Shown: one piece after another, positions 1 to 12,251 of the stretch
How the letters are laid out: each line of letters opens with the position of its first letter
Position numbering within the stretch: position 1 is the stretch's first letter
Source of the DNA: Bugula neritina
Lineage: Eukaryota; Animalia; Bryozoa
NCBI GenBank assembly: GCA_964035545.1
Contig: OZ037768.1
Location: 12,060,741-12,124,740, forward strand
Length of the DNA stretch: 64,000 bases
Reading direction: 5' to 3'
Position numbers and translations under genes: made by a program
Notes under the pieces: generated by a model
What the model was told of the DNA's origin: nothing
Database searches by the model: none
The model's input: only the letters and a program-made list of their open reading frames with translations

Positions 1-1719
1 TAACTAACGTTAGCTACGCAACATCAAGAAAGGTAACTAATTTGACTGTTTTCAAATGGACTATTCCATTTCGCTGGTTTGTAACTTGCTGTAAATCACA
101 AAATAATTATCTTCCCTATTTTAATTTCAATTATCACGTCGACCACACTACCAGAAAATTACTTTTAAATATGCAGTAAATGATGATTTTCAACCGTTTT
201 GTGATGAATTATAGGTTAGTAGTTGTCTACGTAAAATCAAGTTTTAAAATTTGTAACTGAATCAGTGAATCACAGTATCAGTATGAGTATGACTATGAAT
301 ATCACTATGTCTATGACTCTCACTCAGTCTATGACTATCGCCTATTGGTGAACTATTAGTATTTTTAATAATATTCAATGGTTATATTTATTAATACTAT
401 TAATAATCATAATGATAATCATATGACATTCGACAATATCAGTATGTTACGGAGCAGGATCAGTTTCGAAACTAATACTAATAGTAATACTTATAATATT
501 AGTTATAACTATAAGTATAAGTTATATCGATAGCAATATTAATATAAATATTTATATTCATAGTAATATTAATAGCAAATGTAATATTATTATGTTGATA
601 GTTATACTTGTAAGTTATAGTATAAAGCAAACGAAACAAGTATTAATTTGAACTGCTGGTCTTAAAATAAAAAATAAAATAAATATAAATAATAAATTAT
701 AATAATTTAATTATACTAATACTAATAGTAATAGCAATACTTTTACAGTAATATAATTATAATAAATTTATAAAACCCAAACAACTTTAAATTTAATGAA
801 CAACTTTAAATACAAACATAAAGATAATATTAAATAATTATATAATCATAATGATCATAACAATAAATATGATTCCAATAATTACCAATTTATTATATAA
901 TATTTAAATTATTTTAATTTATAATAATAATCATAATTTTTATAGTTATAGTGAATAAATTCAATATGACATAATTACTATAATATAAAGCAGTCAGTCT
1001 ATCTCTAATGCTGACTGATATTCAGATTGTTATGACTGTATCATTATTCACTAACTCTAAGAGTAAGTGACTACAATTATTAGTATCAATGTTGTGTTAG
1101 AGTACTATACCCATTGGAATTTTGATAAATCCATTATATTTACAACTCTGCCTGTTACAGCTATTAATAAATTGAACCAAAATACCAACAGTGCCTAATC
1201 ATCGCCTTATTTGTAAAATAATCACTATCATAATGCTCAAGTTAGTAGATTGGAAATTATTGAAAATTATATTGATGCCAATATAACTATGACATTGCAT
1301 GCATCCAAGTAGTGATGTTGTAATATATCTTGGAAGATAATTACATTATAATGAGAGTTAAATTCCTCTAAGTAACTTTTTTGCAATTATTCCTTAGAAT
1401 AACTATAACTTATACTCCTAATATTTAGTAGCGCATTAGTTTTAGATTGAGCTACTAATTGTATTTATTGCATGTGAAGGTTAGTTATTCTCCATTAGCT
1501 GCATGAATGTGACTGGTAAATTTTGTAACCTTTGGCAGTAATAACTCTATAGCATAAATTAGACACATTTTTATAAAAATACATGATTGCTATAGCTGCT
1601 AGTAATTCTAATGGGTGAAATAATATTACTTTCACCAGCATTAATTTTTACTTTGTTCATGCTTCATGAAGCATTTTCTAAATTCTTTTTTAAATAAATT
1701 TCTACAATACATATAATGT

Positions 1720-3020
1720 GCTGAATAGACTACATATGTTGGGGTTCTTCCTTTACTGCAGCTCAGCCTACACTCCCGCCACAAATGTTCCTAAACTACT
1801 AGCTTCATCAGGACACAGGTTGATGGAGCTGTATTGATAGAAACTTCTCTTTTTAGCAGTAGAGGCATCATGGAAAATGGCAAGTATTTTACTCAATAAG
1901 AATGCGGTTTTTTACTTCTACAAATTTGATAGCCTACACTATTCTATTTAAATGGAGACTGGTCTGACATAATGTGTCTGCAATTTATTAGTTATAATAT
2001 AGTAAATACTATGCGGGCCTATAGATAAAAAGGCTCAAAAAATAATTAAAAAAAACATTACACAATGCTGTACTTATTAGCAATGTGATACTTAGCAACT
2101 AATTTCACATTATTATTGTTTGCAAAGTTTTATATATCTACATATGTTTGTTCAATTCAGTGTTCTGGAATAGAAGGTTCCAACAGCAGGGAAAAGCCTT
2201 GAACAAGATATTATGTTCTACATCTCCAACTCATTTTAACTTTGCTGGTCAGTTCATTGTGTATCTGGAGCATAGTTTTGTATTTTCAAGTAGTCCATCA
2301 GATACCTTTGTAGATAGTTAAGATTACAATGTTTGTGCAATGATGTCCATAATGTTGAACTGATTTATTGAAACTAAAACTGTTCTTAATTATAACAAAA
2401 CTTGACAATCTTTACAAAAGACTAATGTCCTATAATCTATCTTCATTGTAAACAAAATTAGAAACTTCCACATCAGCAAATTGTTTATCATCATCTGTAG
2501 GTGGAAGACGCTTGCACTCAGTTATAAAGGCAAGCTGAAAGTGGTTTTCTTTGCCTTCTATGAAGATTTGAAAAGAGCCAGAAAATTAATACTCTATAAC
2601 TGCAAAACCATGTCGTAGTGTCTTGTGTTGTTGATTGAATCATCTAAAAGAAAAATTGTTGTATCATTATAATTTTGCTGTTAATGAATTAGCAAATCTA
2701 CTTATCTTGGTAAATATGTTCAAGAACAAATACTAGAGTGTAACTCAGTTTTGGTTATGTGTATGCTCCTTAAGTGAATTTACAGCAGATGTTAAACTAT
2801 ATATTAGAGACTGATATGGGAATTAAATTTAAGCTAACCATGATGATGTAAATAGCTGTTGTATGTGACTTGGAGAACTCTGCTGGCCATGTCAGTTCAA
2901 ATACACCATTATTGAAATTCAGCCTTTTCACAATTATGGCAGCATTCTGACTGCTCCTTAGCTTTCTGCGCCTGAAATTTCTTCTACTTGCACCATTCTT
3001 CAATTGGTGGAATGTTAGTC
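1720..3020. other. Unresolved exon-like / decayed coding segments
   Basis: Several higher-GC blocks bounded by splice-like signals on both strands (e.g. minus acceptors at 3020 and 2645, plus acceptors at 2160 and 2500), but no stop-free multi-exon ORF with a recognisable product. Confidence 0.25.
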
Positions 3021-5139
3021 TATAACAAACAGGTGTACCAAAGCTAAAGAAAAATCTAATTCACTGCACTAGGATATTATTCAACTCATTTAAATTTAAT
3101 ATATAGCAGTAAAACAATCACATAATTGTATTTATTTTATCAGCTTTACTTTACAAAGCTGAACCATATGATTTAGTAACTTGTCACCATAATAAACATT
3201 GTACAACATACAAATTGAAAACCTGATGTGATTGCTTTTTAATAGAATATACATCACAAACATGTTACTTTAATAAGCATGTTCATAATAAAAGTATTAA
3301 ACCAGTTTGAAAAAATTTTTGTTATGTAAGGGATCACAAAACTACATCATTTTAGATCTGTAGCTTAATGTTCCTTAAGCAACGGGCTGCTATGACTAAT
3401 TAACTTTCTATCATTGCATTTGATTGTTCTACTCATAGTGTATTGGCGAGTTAAAATTATTGGTAATTTAATGTATATTTTAGCTACCTCTGTACAATCA
3501 ATGTCATAGTAATATCTATTGGGTTTTAAATTTCACTGAGTTTATAGTAATTCATTGCATAACATTTGGCTAGTTCTCTAGTTCATTAAATAACCATACG
3601 AACTTTAATTTACAACATGACAAAACACACAAAGCAAAATTAAAATAAGCATATTATGAACCAATGTAATTGATAAGTGATAATGCTGTTGTAAAACATA
3701 AATTATCAAATTGAAATAGTTATTATTACTATTAGTATTACTATCATTATAACAACTATAATTATTATTAGTATTACTATTAGTATTAGCATTAGTAGTA
3801 AAAAATGAGTAGAGTTCAACATATACAACCTAGCTTACTATAAAAGTAGAAGTAGAACTTCTAAAACTATCATCTGCATCATTATCAGAACTATGAGTAA
3901 TACTAGTAGTTGTACTGATAGTAATACTATAAATATTATTTAATTATTGATTATTAATTAATTATTGATACTAATAGACAATAATAATAGTATAACTATG
4001 AGTATGAGACTTGGGCTGGCAGTGATTATCACTATCAGTATCAGCATCGTCATAGTGATAGTCAAAAGTTACAAGAATTAGAAGCCATATTCATATTGAT
4101 ATTCTCATTGAGTTATGCATAGCCATATTCATAGTAATAGACATAGTCAATCACTGATTGAGTTAATGTCATAGTGATACTCATACTCATAATTAATTTA
4201 TACGATACTCATACTCATAGTCATAGAGTATCATAGTCATAGTGACACTTCACCGTGAATTTCAATTTAATAATAATTTTAATTTAATATTATCATTGTT
4301 GCTAATAGTAATATTATGTCTTACTCTTAGTCTAACAGCAGCTTTATGAAGAAGTTGAATATAACTGATAACAAAACAAATTTAAAAAATAATACTGTAA
4401 CAATCAATATAATGTATATCAATATGCTAGCAACCTAATTTTCAGCTCACTTCATTAACTTTCCGTGCAGTATTGTGATAGAATAAATTTATTAATGGTG
4501 ACCTTGACATCTTCGTCCAAACGCCTTTCACGTCAAGCCCCGAACCAATTTGTAAAAATTTTGGATTTTTTACTTTTGATTATTTTTTACGAAAAGAGCT
4601 TCAAAATAAATTTAAAAAAAAGTGAGCTGTTGTCCACATAAAAAGAAATATATGAGCCAATTTTCTGAATTCAAAAAGTTACCAGAGGGTCACAATATTT
4701 TTTTTAAAAATCTGTATTTTCACGGCAAGCTCTATATGTTAATATAGAAAAATAGAAGACAACTCTTCTTTCAGATTTTTCATGTGCCATGGTCACGTCA
4801 ATATCAGTGCTATTAACACATATATTTTAATTCATTTTTTCTGGTATATTGAGTTGAGATTTTTTTTATATATTTTGTGAATGCAACTAAAAAAGTATGA
4901 ACTTTTATTTAACAGTAATTGATTTTATCAAAATAACCTGGATGCCTACGATGTTTAAAATCCATTACAATGTTATGATTTTCAGATTTAGGGTTGATGT
5001 GCTATCCAGAGAGTCTATTTATCTATTATAGAACTGCACCAGGCTAAGTCGAGTGAACGAGTATATTTTATACACAACTATACATTATAAAAACACGATA
5101 CATTATTTCAAACAAGTTACACATCTAATCTATTTCACA

Positions 5140-5730
5140 CTCTAGCTTCGACTGAGTTAGCAGCGGGAAACTACAATTGCTGCTAACTATCAACTACGCT
5201 AATTGGCTATCCATTGTTCCGGGTCAATTACGCGACCCTACATGTCGTGCTGCTGGTAGTTCCACGAACCACCACAACAATACCATAAATCAAAAATGTT
5301 TTTATTATTGAATAAAGGAGTTTTGTTGATTAAAATTAAACAACATAATGTTTTGTGCTTTTAGTCTTTAGCAGTATAAACTATAATCATTTTACTTTTT
5401 TGAAGTTCATGTTATTAAGTTTCAATGCTTTGCACTGGACAACCGAATGTGAAAAAGAAGGCAACTCTTTGGTCAAAAGTGTATACGAAGTGTGGAGTTA
5501 CCTTTTCTTCCTCAACCGGAGGCTGCGGTGTTAACCTCAACATAACCTTGAAACGCGGGCTGTTCAATGGCAACAACGTAAATCACGATCACAATGACCA
5601 TCACAGTCACAATGAATTGAATTGTTATCATTATCATTATGTTACCAACTTACTTATCTATAAAACTTGAGAGTATTAAGTCAAAGTATAAATAGTTGAA
5701 GCGCCCTCAAACTTCCAGTTACATTTTCGT
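5140..5730. promoter_or_regulatory. Probable promoter region for METTL3 and a divergent transcript
   Basis: CpG-containing island in otherwise CpG-poor DNA, about 1 kb upstream of the METTL3 acceptor at 6698. Minus-strand donors GTAACT at 5501 and 5120. Confidence 0.5.
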
Positions 5731-6008
5731 TCTACATCTTTGAATTTATTGCAAATTGAAATTGAAATACTTATACTTATACTATAGTTACTTATAGTTA
5801 TACTAAGTCTAATATTAATAATAATATTACACTTACAGTTACGGGTTACAGTTACTCTTAGTCTTACAGTTAACTAATTAACTGAGTTACTGTTAGTGTT
5901 AACTGTCAAGTGTTAGTCTGTTAGTGTTGCTGCTTAGACTTAGAGTTACACTGAATTAGTATTGCTAATACTAATAGTATTACTAATAGTAATATTAATA
6001 AAGTAGTT

Positions 6009-6027
6009 CTACTACTACTACTACTAC

Positions 6028-6077
<50 letters not shown>

Positions 6078-6081
6078 CTAC
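6009..6081. repeat. (CTA)n-(TAG)n inverted trinucleotide microsatellite
   Basis: A CTA run switches to a TAG run at ACTAGT (~6026-6031), so the tract is self-complementary. Confidence 0.95.
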
Positions 6082-6705
6082 GTTTACTGTATTAGTACAC
6101 TTACAGTCTACAAGTAGTAGTACAACTTGTACAATTATTATCATTCAATTTAAAATAAGGCTTGTAGCTTAACTAATTAGGAATTTTATACCTTTTATAT
6201 ATTAATATATTCATTATTATTATAATATTCATTAGCAACTGTAAAATTTATAAGCATAACTTTTATTATTTTACTCATACTCAGTGACTGCTCATTCTGT
6301 TGTTACAAACTTTGTTTTATAAATCAACAAAAATCATAATGAGATATATTAAGAATAAATACTCACTAGTACCATAACCATGGCTATTAATATTATTATT
6401 CAAATTATTGACCTTTAGACTTCTAAAGTCACTGTCTTATATTTTACTGGAATAAAAATTTATTCACTTGAAATTTCTTTCATTGTTTGGGTTTATTTCA
6501 TCAAACATATTTAGCAAAGCAAAGATATTATGGTTATAGAAAAGTTGAAGATGTGACGACAATGTCTATAACATAACAAGTTAGCTCTAGTCATGTGCAG
6601 GTTGTGTTATGTTTCAGTGGAAAGTTACATGAGGGATAGTCTAATGTGTTTTCATTTACTTAATATTGTTCTAATATATGCTATTTTATACATTATAGGG
6701 CCACT

Positions 6706-9700
6706 ATGAGTGATACGTGGGACGAAATACAAACAGTAAGAAAGAAAACTGCTGGACTAAGAGACAAGCTTGCTAAAAGAAAGCAAGAAAGACAAAATAT
6801 TTTGCAAGCCAATAGCTTACTAGTTTCATCTTCATCAACAACTGTTTCAAATGAAATAGCTTCAAGTGAAGCCACACCATTGTGTGATTCTAAGCAAGTT
6901 AATGAAACACAAAAAAGAGAAAACATACATGATAAAAAAGATTCTTTATTTGCTGTTGATTCGCAGAACGCTGAAGATAAAGATGAACAGAAGCTGAGTA
7001 ATGATGATATAGTAAGTTTGTTATCATTATGTAGCATCATCACAATTATATGTGTCGCTCAAGTTTACTGAATATATCAGCAGCTAAATCTATCATAATA
7101 TCGATAATTTCTTCCAAGTGTTACTTGTATTCTAATGTGGTGAGAATGTAATTTAGTAAATATGAAATTGTTCAGCTACTATTAAAAACATTCCATTATG
7201 CATATTATGTTTCAAGTTATTCTTTATTTCTCAGGCTACAATAGAAGACTGGCTGTTAGTAGAACTTGATACGCCTAATGTCAATTTACCTCTTGATGGC
7301 GTTACTTTATCTGAAAAAATTCTGCATGAAACTAAAGTGACGCATACCATGTTTGATTTAGCTAGTGTGTTGGCCAACTTTGAATCTCAATGTTTATTAG
7401 TGTGAGTATCAAGCTTGTCAATGAAGTATAGTTTATTTTTTGGAAATGGCACTTTGCCATTGTTGTTTAGGTATGCTTATTTTTTATTATATAAACAGTT
7501 ATTATGGACATTCATATTTTTTCTTACTATTAATCTTTCTTTTATCTGCATATTTAAAAAGGCTTTTGCTAACTTAATTATGTATGTGAACAGAGTATTA
7601 CTAATTTGTTTTATTGCAGCATGGAGAAAGGAAAGGATGAAAGCATTAAGATTCTGTCAACCAATCATGTTCAGGTACAATTTATTAAATGCGAACTCTG
7701 AACTGTTTGATTATGTCTTCACGGATAACTGTAATTTCATTTTATTTTCAGATTGCAAATCTTGCAAAAGAGAGGGGAGTTTCAAAAAAGCGAGTGGCTA
7801 AAAATCTTGAGATCGCAAGGTAACACAATTTAAATGCAGTTACAATGGTTTTTCGACTATCTTTTTACATTTATTAGCTGATTTCAATATATTATAAGCT
7901 ACATAAACGTATTAATTGTTAAATATTTGAGTATTTTACAGTGTTTTGTCATGAGTATATATTTTGAATTCAGTGATGAAAATAAGAAGGCAAAGACTGA
8001 CAACAAGTTAAATATAGAGGTGAGGGACGCTAGGACTGTACGATTATGCATTTAATCTACAGTGTTTTTCTGAAACACTTTTTTGATAAAAAAATTGACC
8101 ACTATTTAGTCTGTTTATACTTTATCTGCTGTATAATAAATGTTCAGTGCAAGTTTATTAGGTGTCATCAGTAGATGGAACAGTATGGTGTATTCATAGA
8201 TATGTAAAAAATTGTTCATAATTCTCTGAGGTGTTTGAGTATTTCTCTGTTAAAATACTGTGTATTAATATACCTATACCTATCTCTATAATAAACCTAC
8301 TATTGTGTTAAAACAAATTCTGGAATTCATGTTGTTCTCGTGTACAGATGTTGCTTGCAAGTGAAACTGCTAAAGAGCGAGAAACAAAGAAGTTAAATGA
8401 AGAAATAAAAGACCTCTTAAGTGCAGCGTCTGCAAAGGAGCAGATGATGTCATCAAAATTCAAATCCCAGGGAGGTTAGTGTCATATTAGTTTGTAGTTT
8501 AAAGTAAGGCTGTAGTATAGTGGTAGCATCAGCAAAAATCTCTTGGCTACAATACAAACACAGCTAAACTTTAAAGTTGTATACTCGACCAAATTAATTT
8601 TATAGCATAGCTTTTATTAATTTATTCATGTTATAGTGCATGTGTATGTTTTCAATTAGTTCATTAGCTGAGCAACCTGATGGTGACCATTTCTGGATAT
8701 AATTTTAATATTTCAAAAATGTATCTAGGCAGTCCTGCTTTTTTATCATCTTTCCCATTACTTTAGATTGATAAACAAATAAATCAGTAGAACTTTCTTC
8801 ATTAGGTTGATAAAGTTCTACAATTATGTTAAGTAAAGCCATTTTGTTGATGTTATTGTCATATATTAAACCTAGCTGAATAGTCTACAAACTACAGTAC
8901 TAAACCTTTATGTACATCTAACCTCAGTGTTATTGTCATGTAATATTTGGTGTAGGTATGATGAAGGAGTTCTGCTCGTACGGTACTCGTAGTGAGTGTA
9001 GAACTGTCAAGGGTTCTGTCTGTGATAAAGTTCATTTCCGTAAGCTTATACATCAGCATACGGACACTGCACTTGGAGATTGTTCATTCTTAAACACATG
9101 TTTTCATATGGACACGTGTAAGGTGAGATATAATGAACTTGCTTACTTGGTAAACGCAAACTCTAAATGTGCTAAATCTATTGAATTTGCACTGATAACT
9201 GCCGTATGTTCACACTTACTATTTTGCAGTACATACACTATGAAGTAGATCAGGATGATTTAAATAGAATAAAGAGAGCCAACATGTCTGCTGCAGTGAG
9301 GTCACTCGGCAGCAAAGGGACATCAGATTTCAAGATGATGCCACCCCAGGTGAGGAATGGCTTCTAAACTGTTTCAATCTGTTCCATTCATATTCCTCTA
9401 ATGGCTGAGCACAGCATTGTCTGTTGAATTATAGAGGTCATCTGTTGAATTATAGTGGTTACCTGTTGAATTATAGAGGTCATCTGTTGAATTATAGTGG
9501 TTACCTGTTGAATTATAGTAGTTATCTGTTGAATTATAGTGGGTGCAGTGTGATATGAGGAATTTTGATATGAGCGTGCTGGGAAAGTTTGCTGTTATAA
9601 TGGCTGACCCGCCGTGGGATATTCATATGGAGTTACCATACGGCACAATGTCAGATGATGAGATGAGGTCACTCAATATTCCCACCCTGCAAGATGACGG

Positions 9701-11868
9701 ATACATATTTCTTTGGGTAACTGGAAGGTAACTTGACTTTCTTTCTATGGATAGCGTGCTTCAGAGATTGTATATAGCACACGCTAATGATCACTAGAAT
9801 ACTACTATTTTTAGTTGCACATTATAATATTAATACAGAAAATATTTACAAACTTTTCTGTATGTAGCTTTTAAAGTCTTATTTATCGAATTGTTTTTAA
9901 ATGATACATCACCAGTTTAGTTTAGTTTTTCGATCTGAGGATAGCATGGCATTGGCCAACATATAAATGTGAAATAGTTCATACGTTTTAAATCGATTTA
10001 AACTGAAATCGAATAAATTAAAATGAAATATTTTAAACCAAGTTAGGGAGCTTTTGCTTTAGTACTTATTTCTAATCAAAATACATGCCAAAAGTATTTT
10101 AACATTATGGAATATGAGAAAGGAGCACCATTGATAGCCACTTGAATTTAGTTTGTGAAAAAAAAGGTCTGATTCCCTCTTTACTTCGTTGCCTTGAAGC
10201 TCAAATTATTACAAATATAATAGGCAATGATTTTTAGAGGCTAACTATTTTTTGTCTGCTATATTCTCATTATATGATGAAAATAAAAACTCTCAAGATA
10301 TGCTTCTCTTTTGAAAATATAATTGCCATTATTTTTGATAAGACAACTCTATATCAGAAAACAGCCCACTGTGTAATGTGTTAGGTAATTGTGGCTGCAA
10401 GCTGCATTGTGTAATGTATTTTCACAGGGCAATGGAACTCGGTAGACAATGCCTAGAGCTTTGGGGGTAAGTGAATAGTATTGTGTTGCCAGATCCTTGC
10501 TACTTTAATGTTTACAGCAGTTGGTAGATATAAACATGTAATTAGCATTATATTTCATTCTTGTGCAAAGGTTATTAATTCTTTTAGTTTTATATATTTT
10601 AATTGGAAGAGCAGACCAATTTTGTGTATTGATTTCTTTGTATTCTTGACATTCATTTAACTCTTTGCTTCTGGCGGCTGCTTACCCCATCAACATAGTC
10701 TTAGTACTGTGCTACAGATATAGAAGGTGTGACGAGCTCATATGGGTGAAAACAAATCAACTGCAGAAGTTAATAAGAACTGGTAGAACAGGGCACTGGA
10801 TTAACCATGGAAAAGAGCATTGTTTGGTGAGTGAATATTGCTACCATTCCAACACCCTAGAGCTAACTGAATCTTGCTAACTGACAGTCTTTTTAAGCAA
10901 ATTTCTGTTGGGCTTAGTGATAGTGATACAGTTTAAATTGAAGCTGGTTATTTGTGTTATAGTTTCTGTATAGCCTTAAATTTATGATACAGATTGGTGT
11001 AAAAGGCAACCCACAGCATATGAATAAAGGATTAGATTGTGACGTCATAGTAGCAGAGGTTAGTAAATTTTAGGTACTATGTTATACTATTAACTGGTAG
11101 TACCATAGCTTCCTAAACCAAGCTTGTATAAATACTCGTGAATGCTATTCACTTTAGTTGTATGACGAACCATTTTCAGTTTTTTAGACTTTCAAGTTAA
11201 TTCACATCAAAGTGTATGAATCACTGTAATGAAACTTTAGGTACGAGCTACTAGCCATAAACCGGATGAAATTTATGGAGTTATTGAAAGGCTATCTCCT
11301 GGAACTAGAAAGATAGAGCTCTTTGGCCGACCACATAATGTACAACCAAATTGGTAAGGTTACTGTTAGCTTTCCTGGAGTAGACTATGTCAGTATCATA
11401 GGAGTATAATGAAAGGAACGTTCAACATTTATTAATGCAGTGTAAAAGCTTACAGTTTAGTACAAAGGCATTTCATGGCAGCATCAATCATACCTTGCTT
11501 CTGTGGAAGAGAGAAAAAAATACAAAAACCTGTGGTTTTGCTCAAAAACTAGGATGCAGGTCATTGTTTGGGAATTAACAGAGAATAGAAAAATAAGAGT
11601 TTCCGAGGGAAAGCTTCTCATGAAAGTATAAGAAAATGTACATCTGATACTAGAAAAACTTGTTTTATTGGTTATAATAGTATTTATATTTATCACACCA
11701 AAACTACAAAGTATTGGAAACTATGAACTCTTTACATGTCATTCATATCTAACCTATTAAACACATTACAGGATGACTCTAGGAAATCAACTAGACGGCG
11801 TACAGCTTCACGAAGAGGATGTAAAACGTAGTTTTAAAGAAAAATATCCCGACGGCAAATGTGTATGA
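6706..11868 (+). CDS. METTL3: N6-adenosine mRNA methyltransferase catalytic subunit (MT-A70 family), 14 coding exons, ~555 aa
   Basis: Phase-consistent GT-AG exons: 6706-7011, 7235-7401, 7620-7674, 7752-7819, 7974-8019, 8348-8474, 8956-9122, 9230-9349, 9540-9727, 10428-10466, 10718-10826, 10993-11058, 11241-11353, 11772-11868 (1668 nt). Contains the N-terminal MSDTWDEIQ leader, tandem CCCH fingers ([11 protein letters not shown]...[21 protein letters not shown]), catalytic [38 protein letters not shown] and LGNQL. AATAAA at 11947. Confidence 0.97.
9421..9539 (+). repeat. 21-bp tandem repeat (6 copies of core CTGTTGAATTATAG) forming the 3' end of METTL3 intron 8
   Basis: Cores start at 9421, 9442, 9463, 9484, 9505 and 9526. 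The last copy supplies the acceptor for the DPPW exon. Confidence 0.95.
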
Positions 11869-12251
11869 AAACTCAGATTTCAACAGTTTGGTCTATACAC
11901 TGTGACAGTAATAACCTTCACTGTATATAATGTATATATTTTTGTAAATAAAATAAATTATTTATAAAGAAAAAAATCTGAGCATATGCCTTTATTGGAC
12001 CATAAACAGTGTTACATTTAACAAATTGTGGAATTTTTGTGTATAAATTAACTGTAAAAATATAATAATCTCCATCAAATTAATAAAAATAGCCCACATA
12101 TACTTCCTACATATATAGTTGATCATGACACAAAACAAATAACTGACAAGTCTCTATACTACACAACTGTTTTCGTTTGTTTCCATCATTGTTCAGACAC
12201 ATTGAATTAGTCAGCAATGAAATTTATAAACAATAACATAATTTGCCTGTT

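Noticed and set aside
180-260. C/D box snoRNA candidate (ATGATGA...GTGATGA...CTGA); similar at 2840-2950
   Set aside because: No terminal stem and no recognisable rRNA/snRNA antisense element; the boxes are expected by chance in AT-rich DNA.
4490-4700. Possible MITE remnants here and at ~13820-13935 and ~16087-16206
   Set aside because: Only short (9-13 bp) inverted matches without clear TSDs; too weak to call.
9540-9727. DPPW methyltransferase as a DNA 6mA or restriction-modification enzyme linked to the ApT-rich tracts
   Set aside because: The leader helix, tandem CCCH fingers and C-terminal motifs identify canonical mRNA METTL3, not METTL4/AMT1; nothing ties it to the tracts.
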